DNA from: Candidatus Kaiserbacteria bacterium | GTDB taxonomy: Bacteria; Patescibacteriota; Minisyncoccia; Phycocordibacterales; Phycocordibacteraceae | Length of the DNA: 64,000 nt | Direction of reading: 5' to 3' | Assembly (NCBI GenBank): GCA_016182485.1 | Contig: JACPGH010000003.1 | Location: 70,331 to 134,330 of the forward strand | In this document: positions 57,852 to 64,000 of the stretch, one piece after another | Layout of the letters: each line of letters starts with the position of its first letter | Numbering within the stretch: position 1 is the first letter of the stretch | Position numbers and translations under genes: made by a program | The notes under the pieces: generated by a model | Database searches by the model: none | The model's input: only the letters and a program-made list of their open reading frames with translations | What the model was told of the DNA's origin: nothing

Positions 57852-58520
57852 CTACTGACTCGCCCCGTTAGAAATCAGATTTCTAACGGGGCTCACAAAA
57901 GGATTGTCTTTGATATAAAAGCGCCAGGGAAGCTCCGCGCCGTTTTTCACTCCGATACGGGTCGAAATTCCAATCGCGCTTTTCGGCATGCTGGTATGAT
58001 ATATCATACCACTTGAAGATTCGTACGGTTCGATCACTTCGAATATGCCGAAGAGCTCATTTAGAGGCAGGCCGTTCTCCTTGCCGGTGATGCCGAAGGC
58101 TTGGCAGAACTTCGCTGGACCCGAGCAGAGCGCGCGAGTAGGGAGGTTTAACCTCCCTACTCGCGTATTGCTTGTGCTGCGTAGCTTTAGCGAAGCAGTA
58201 CGGCGCCGTTGCATGTGCGCGAGTCCTTCTACGGGCTCGACGGCGCGTATCAATATCGCGCCCGCGCTCCCTTTGTTCGTCGTGACGTTGGCGCACCAAT
58301 GCATTCCGTACGTGAAATATACGTACCAATGGCCGTAAGTATCGCGCATCGCCCGGCTCCTCGGAGTGATGCGAAACGCGTGCGAGCCCGGGTCCGTCGT
58401 GTATGCTTCTGTCTCGACGATTATTCCGGCGCAGCCGTTAAACCGCACGATTTTTCCGAGCAATTTCGGCGCCAATTCAATGGCGCTGCCGGTGAACCAC
58501 GAGCCAGAGAGTCGCTTCAT
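57852..58520 (-). CDS. mpg: 3-methyladenine DNA glycosylase (Mpg/AAG family)
   Basis: IVETEAY...DPGSHA...YVYFTYGMHWCANV conserved AAG-family blocks. Confidence 0.75.
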   Translation of the reverse strand: MKRLSGSWFTGSAIELAPKLLGKIVRFNGCAGIIVETEAYTTDPGSHAFRITPRSRAMRDTYGHWYVYFTYGMHWCANVTTNKGSAGAILIRAVEPVEGLAHMQRRRTASLKLRSTSNTRVGRLNLPTRALCSGPAKFCQAFGITGKENGLPLNELFGIFEVIEPYESSSGMIYHTSMPKSAIGISTRIGVKNGAELPWRFYIKDNPFVSPVRNLISNGASQ

Positions 58521-58559
58521 GCGCTCAGGATACCTGCCATATGCAAAAATGGAATCGGT

Positions 58560-59102
58560 CTAGACCTGAACCGTATAGATCTCGACATTAGTCGCCCCCT
58601 CTTCTTCCAGGCATTTCGCTACGTCGGTTTTCTCGTCGGCATGGACGGCGACTAGTATATCGCCCGCCTCTACGCGATCCGCGTATTTCTTCGCGGCCGG
58701 CTCGCTTATTCCCCAAGAAACGAGCGCGCCGATAAGTCCTCCGGCCGCAGCGCCCGTGATCGCGCCCGCGGCGGCTGTCCCGAGCGCGCCGGCGCCTAGT
58801 CCGAGAGCGGCCGCAAGGGGCCCTGCGACGAAGATTGGGCCGATAACGGGAAGCGCCCCTGCTACCGTCGCGAGACCGATACCCGCTCCGATGGCCCCGC
58901 CCCATGCCGCTCCAGTCTTTGCGCCCTCCGCGGGCGTAGAACGGCTCACTTCTTCGGGGTCGACTTCTTTCACTTGACCATGAACATCTTTGTAAACATA
59001 AGAAATCTCGGATGTCGGAACATCGACCTCCTTATGAAGGCGGTTAACCGCCTTCTCCGCGTTTTCCCTCGTTGCGAACGTCGCGATAGTCAGCTTTTTC
59101 AT
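58560..59102 (-). CDS. Gly-zipper membrane protein (DUF1269/general stress protein-like)
   Basis: Central GxxxG-rich hydrophobic segment flanked by soluble ends. Confidence 0.4.
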   Translation of the reverse strand: MKKLTIATFATRENAEKAVNRLHKEVDVPTSEISYVYKDVHGQVKEVDPEEVSRSTPAEGAKTGAAWGGAIGAGIGLATVAGALPVIGPIFVAGPLAAALGLGAGALGTAAAGAITGAAAGGLIGALVSWGISEPAAKKYADRVEAGDILVAVHADEKTDVAKCLEEEGATNVEIYTVQV

Positions 59103-59176
59103 GATTTTCGTATGGTTACTGCCGCTCTATAGCATCACGATAGTACGAGCCCCCTTAGGTTGGGGTTAAGGAGAAT

Positions 59177-60520
59177 CTATCGGAGAATGAATTCTTCCGA
59201 ATGTATTCGATCTCTGCGGACGCCTAAGCTCTCGAACTGGGTCCGCAAAGCGGTCATGAATCCCTGCGGTCCGCACAGAAATATTTCCATATCGGATACA
59301 TCCTTATCTCCGGCCACAACATGGGCAGAAAGCCGGCCGCGCTCCTCTGAGGCATGCACGTGGAATCTGAAGCGGGACTCTTTTCTCGCCAACTCTTCGA
59401 TTTCAGGGGCGTAAGCCGCCTCTTCCCGAGTCTTGACCGAATACCATAATTCTATTTCGTATCCGTTCAGGATGCTCATATTCTGCTTGATCCATCGGAC
59501 CATGGAGACGAACGGGGTGATGCCGATCCCTCCCGCGAGCCACAGCTGCTTTTTGCCGGGAACTTTATTGAAGGAGAAGGCTCCGAAGGGGCCTTCGAGC
59601 CGGCTCGTTGTGCCCGGCTTGACGTCGCTAAGAAGAGAAGTAAAGTCTCCCAGTTTTTTCACTCCCATGGACAGCTTGGCGTCATTCGGACTGGAAGTGA
59701 GCGAGAAGGGATGCGACTGCGAAAGCGTTCCGCCGGTTTCGAATCGCAGGAAAACGAATTGGCCCGGCGAGAAGCGCATTTTCCGTCCGAGCGGAGCGAG
59801 CACGAGCTCGGCGACGTCCGCACTAACTTTCCTCACCTCTTTCACTGCGTAGCGGTATTCTCGCGCTTTATAGAGAGAGAATACTGTTCGGTACGCATAC
59901 GCGAGCCCGCCGGCAGTCGCGAGCGCGAGGAGGTAATATCTCAGGACTATATTCGCAGTAACGTCGGTCGGCATGAGAAGTACGTGTATTGTCCCGAGTA
60001 TCAGGACGACGCCGAGAAATTTGTGCGTCGCTTTCCAGTTCTCATACTTGAATTTCAAATAAAGCGTTATCACCATGAGTACGATGAAGGATGCGAGCGC
60101 GAGCTCTCCGAGCACGACCCCCGTATCAGTGAACGAGAAGAGGAATGCGAAAGCGGCGGCTGGCGAGAAGAATAGGTACTGAAGAGTAAGGAAAAGCGGA
60201 TGGAGAAGTATGAGCGAGAACGCGAGCACTCCCACCGAGTGATGCTTCACATACGCTTTGTTTAGGCCGGTAAAAATCTTGTCGAGGAAGGGGAGCCGGG
60301 CCGAGAGCACGAAATTGAGCGAGAGAAGCGCAAAACCGAGCAGTCCGGCGGCTTGCCCCGCGCTCCGGAGAGTGGTAGGCACGGAGGCGAAGCGCGGCCC
60401 GATCGGCTTGATGAAAAGCCATATGACTATCGGAATTATCGCAAGAATCGCGATCGCTATACCGTCCGCATTGCGTTTCAGAAAGGCTTTCATACCAGTT
60501 GGAGAAATGGGGCCTTTCAT
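59177..60520 (-). CDS. ferric reductase/NOX-like membrane oxidoreductase (TM heme domain + FAD/NAD(P) binding)
   Basis: Six N-terminal TM helices with paired His; HPFSLTSS FAD motif; GGIGITPF NAD(P) motif. Confidence 0.7.
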   Translation of the reverse strand: MKGPISPTGMKAFLKRNADGIAIAILAIIPIVIWLFIKPIGPRFASVPTTLRSAGQAAGLLGFALLSLNFVLSARLPFLDKIFTGLNKAYVKHHSVGVLAFSLILLHPLFLTLQYLFFSPAAAFAFLFSFTDTGVVLGELALASFIVLMVITLYLKFKYENWKATHKFLGVVLILGTIHVLLMPTDVTANIVLRYYLLALATAGGLAYAYRTVFSLYKAREYRYAVKEVRKVSADVAELVLAPLGRKMRFSPGQFVFLRFETGGTLSQSHPFSLTSSPNDAKLSMGVKKLGDFTSLLSDVKPGTTSRLEGPFGAFSFNKVPGKKQLWLAGGIGITPFVSMVRWIKQNMSILNGYEIELWYSVKTREEAAYAPEIEELARKESRFRFHVHASEERGRLSAHVVAGDKDVSDMEIFLCGPQGFMTALRTQFESLGVRRDRIHSEEFILR

Positions 60521-60753
60521 ACCAAGTGTTTATTCGCGAAAGCAAAGCCAGAACCTTGTTTCAGGTATTTTTCAAACGCGAGCGCCTTTGCTTTGTTTTT
60601 GAATGCGGAATAAAAAGTTAGCCTCATATCATCGGCATTTTTGGTTGTCTTTACACTTCTTGATTGGTGAGCACTAAATCTCGCTCTCAGGTCTTCACTG
60701 AAGCCGATATATTTTCTGCCGCCGGAGTTTGTGAGAATATAGACGTAGTACAT
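60517..60753 (-). CDS. GIY-YIG nuclease-domain protein (YhbQ-like), second copy
   Basis: MYYVYILTNSGGRKYIGFSEDLRARFSAH; lies directly 3' of ssrA; start overlaps NOX-like gene stop (ATGA). Confidence 0.7.
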   Translation of the reverse strand: MYYVYILTNSGGRKYIGFSEDLRARFSAHQSRSVKTTKNADDMRLTFYSAFKNKAKALAFEKYLKQGSGFAFANKHLV

Positions 60754-60901
60754 GCAGAAATAATACGCCCTACTTCGCTCATTTAGGACAATGAGCTTCG
60801 AAGGGCACTGCTTCGCTTAAAAACACAAAAACCACCCGCGAGAGTGGTTTTGCGTCAGTGCCGTGCACTGCGTAGCTCGGCGTAATCGACGAGCGAAGCA
60901 G

Positions 60902-61300
60902 TGGAGGTGTCGAGAGTCGAACTCGAGTCCGAATCTGATGTTGAAAGCGCTTCTACGACGCGTAGTCGGCGTTAGGTTTAAGGCAGGATGCGAGGAACGT
61001 AGACGAAACCATTCCTGCCCGATCCCTTATCTCGATGCGCCGGGCGGGAGGCCGGACATCCATTCTGCAGATAATTCCGCCCAGTCCTCCGACTGCAAAA
61101 ACTCGAGAGGATGAACGTCGCCCGGTTAGGCCGAAGCCGTAACGTGGGAGAACGCGAAATCACCCATACCGAAGTACGGAGACTTCACGCTTGCAAGAGT
61201 GTTCTTGGCAAGTTTGGTTCCCGCCGGATTTACGTGGCGAACGGGAGTGCACTGCGTCGCGCGTCTTTCAAAGTACAGACCGTCTAAGCCGGTCACCCCC
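60902..61300 (-). ncRNA. ssrA: tmRNA (ssrA)
   Basis: 5' GGGGGUGACCGGCUUAGACGG (compare E. coli GGGGCUGAUUCUGGAUUCGACGG); 3' T-arm CUCGAGUUCGACUCUCGAG + acceptor CACCUCC pairing with 5' end incl. G3:U70; smpB directly upstream; no encoded CCA. Confidence 0.75.
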
Positions 61301-61457
61301 CTAAAATGCATTGTATCAAAATGCGCTTTAGGCGATTGGCTGGCAAATGCGGCAAAGCCCTGCGGGCGGATACACTCGTTTTTCTGCTGAAAAACTGCGC
61401 TCTCTCCTCGGCGCCGTCGCTCCTGCGGCAGTCCGTCCTCGGACTCTGCCGCATTTG

Positions 61458-61901
61458 CTACTTTGTTTTCAATAGCCGGTCGCGTTCGCGAAGGGCTTCT
61501 CGCTTCTTCAGGTCCTCGCGGCGGTCGGACTTGCCTTTACCGCGCACTATCGCGATAGCCGCTTTCACGAACCGCTTATTACTATATATCTCAAGAGGCA
61601 CTATTGTCAAGCCTTTTTTCGATTCGGCGTCGGCTAATTCGGCGATTTCCTTCTTAGTGAGGAGAAGCCGGCGCGGCCGCTCGGCGTCATAACCCTTGGG
61701 CATATTGGCCGCCTGGTAGGGAGGAATGGTCATGCCGACCAGATATGCCTCCCCGCCGCGCACCAGCACCCGCGCGCCCTCGAGCGAGCCGAGCTTACTG
61801 CGCAGAGCTTTCACTTCGGGGCCCAGAAGCTCGATTCCCGCCGAAAAGCGCGCGAGCGGCGCGTACTTTATTAATGCTTTCTTATATTCGACGAGGACCA
61901 T
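61458..61901 (-). CDS. smpB: SsrA-binding protein
   Basis: 148 aa from MVLVEYKK...; conserved SmpB core and basic C-terminal tail. Confidence 0.85.
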   Translation of the reverse strand: MVLVEYKKALIKYAPLARFSAGIELLGPEVKALRSKLGSLEGARVLVRGGEAYLVGMTIPPYQAANMPKGYDAERPRRLLLTKKEIAELADAESKKGLTIVPLEIYSNKRFVKAAIAIVRGKGKSDRREDLKKREALRERDRLLKTK

Positions 61902-61922
61902 ACTAGAGAGTATAGTACGTTT

Positions 61923-63890
<1,968 letters not shown>

Positions 63891-63914
63891 ATAAGGTAGG
63901 ATTAGAAGGGCATT

Positions 63915-63987
63915 GCGCGCATAGCTCAATGGTTAGAGCTTTCGGCTTATATCCGAAAGGTTCCAGGTTCGAGTCCTGGTGCGCGCA
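63915..63987 (+). tRNA. tRNA with anticodon UAU (Ile, AUA-decoding)
   Basis: GCGCGCA acceptor, GCTC/GAGC D-arm, anticodon stem TTCGG/CCGAA, loop CTTATAT, T-arm CCAGG-TTCGAGT-CCTGG. Confidence 0.55.
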
Positions 63988-64000
63988 CAGCGGAGTTAAC

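Noticed and set aside
58588-58977. ORFs 58588-58905 (-) and 58756-58977 (+) within the DUF1269-like gene
   Set aside because: They are Arg/Gly-rich or Pro/Ala-rich off-frame translations of the Gly-zipper coding region.
61126-61311. 61-aa minus-strand ORF ending ...FAFSHVTASA
   Set aside because: It lies entirely within the tmRNA gene. It is at most the tag-reading frame of ssrA, not an independent protein gene. The tag end could not be assigned confidently by eye.

Overview
This 64-kb bacterial window averages roughly 55-60% GC and contains lower-GC accessory islands. Most of it is a housekeeping backbone. Recognisable genes include guaA, mscL, prfB, ftsE/ftsX, pyrG, a purM-like gene, a GspE/PilB-family ATPase, lexA-dinB, typA/bipA, pyrE/pyrF-like genes, an Mpg DNA glycosylase, a P-type ATPase, an NRAMP (MntH) transporter, smpB plus ssrA (tmRNA) and ftsH. 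I count nine tRNA genes: Met(CAU), Asp(GUC), Thr(CGU), Gln(CUG), Phe(GAA), Arg(UCU), an Ile(UAU)-like gene, and a Thr(GGU) gene split by an apparent 184-nt group I intron. The accessory segments carry several points of interest.

1. A low-GC island runs from about 22.4 to 35.5 kb. It begins at tRNA-Gln followed by a 46-bp tandem repeat, and ends near a tRNA-Phe/tRNA-Arg pair. It carries GIY-YIG, MazG-like and GNAT genes, and an HTH-Panacea (DUF4065) antitoxin paired with a RelE/ParE-like putative toxin.

2. Within that island is a tightly coupled five-gene cassette, which I regard as the best candidate for a novel composite defence system. Its order is a C-protein-like XRE regulator, a 1603-aa DUF4011/SF1-helicase/DUF559 (Vsr-like) nuclease, a DUF2779 PD-(D/E)xK protein, a 1014-aa MmeI-like Type IIG/IIL restriction-modification enzyme, and a small membrane protein.

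3. A family of ~75-bp structured intergenic repeats lies upstream of small accessory genes (NYN/LabA, methyltransferases, NUDIX, an ExoX-like exonuclease, CYTH).

4. A Doc toxin sits next to an excisionase-type HTH antitoxin with a perfect 22-bp palindromic operator. A paralogous orphan HTH elsewhere has a similar operator.

5. A GIY-YIG gene sits immediately 3' of the tmRNA, mirroring the GIY-YIG gene 3' of tRNA-Gln.

6. A secreted protein carries six copies of a four-cysteine module.

7. A palindromic motif is duplicated in two 3' regions.

All domain calls come from motif recognition by eye and need HMM/BLAST confirmation.
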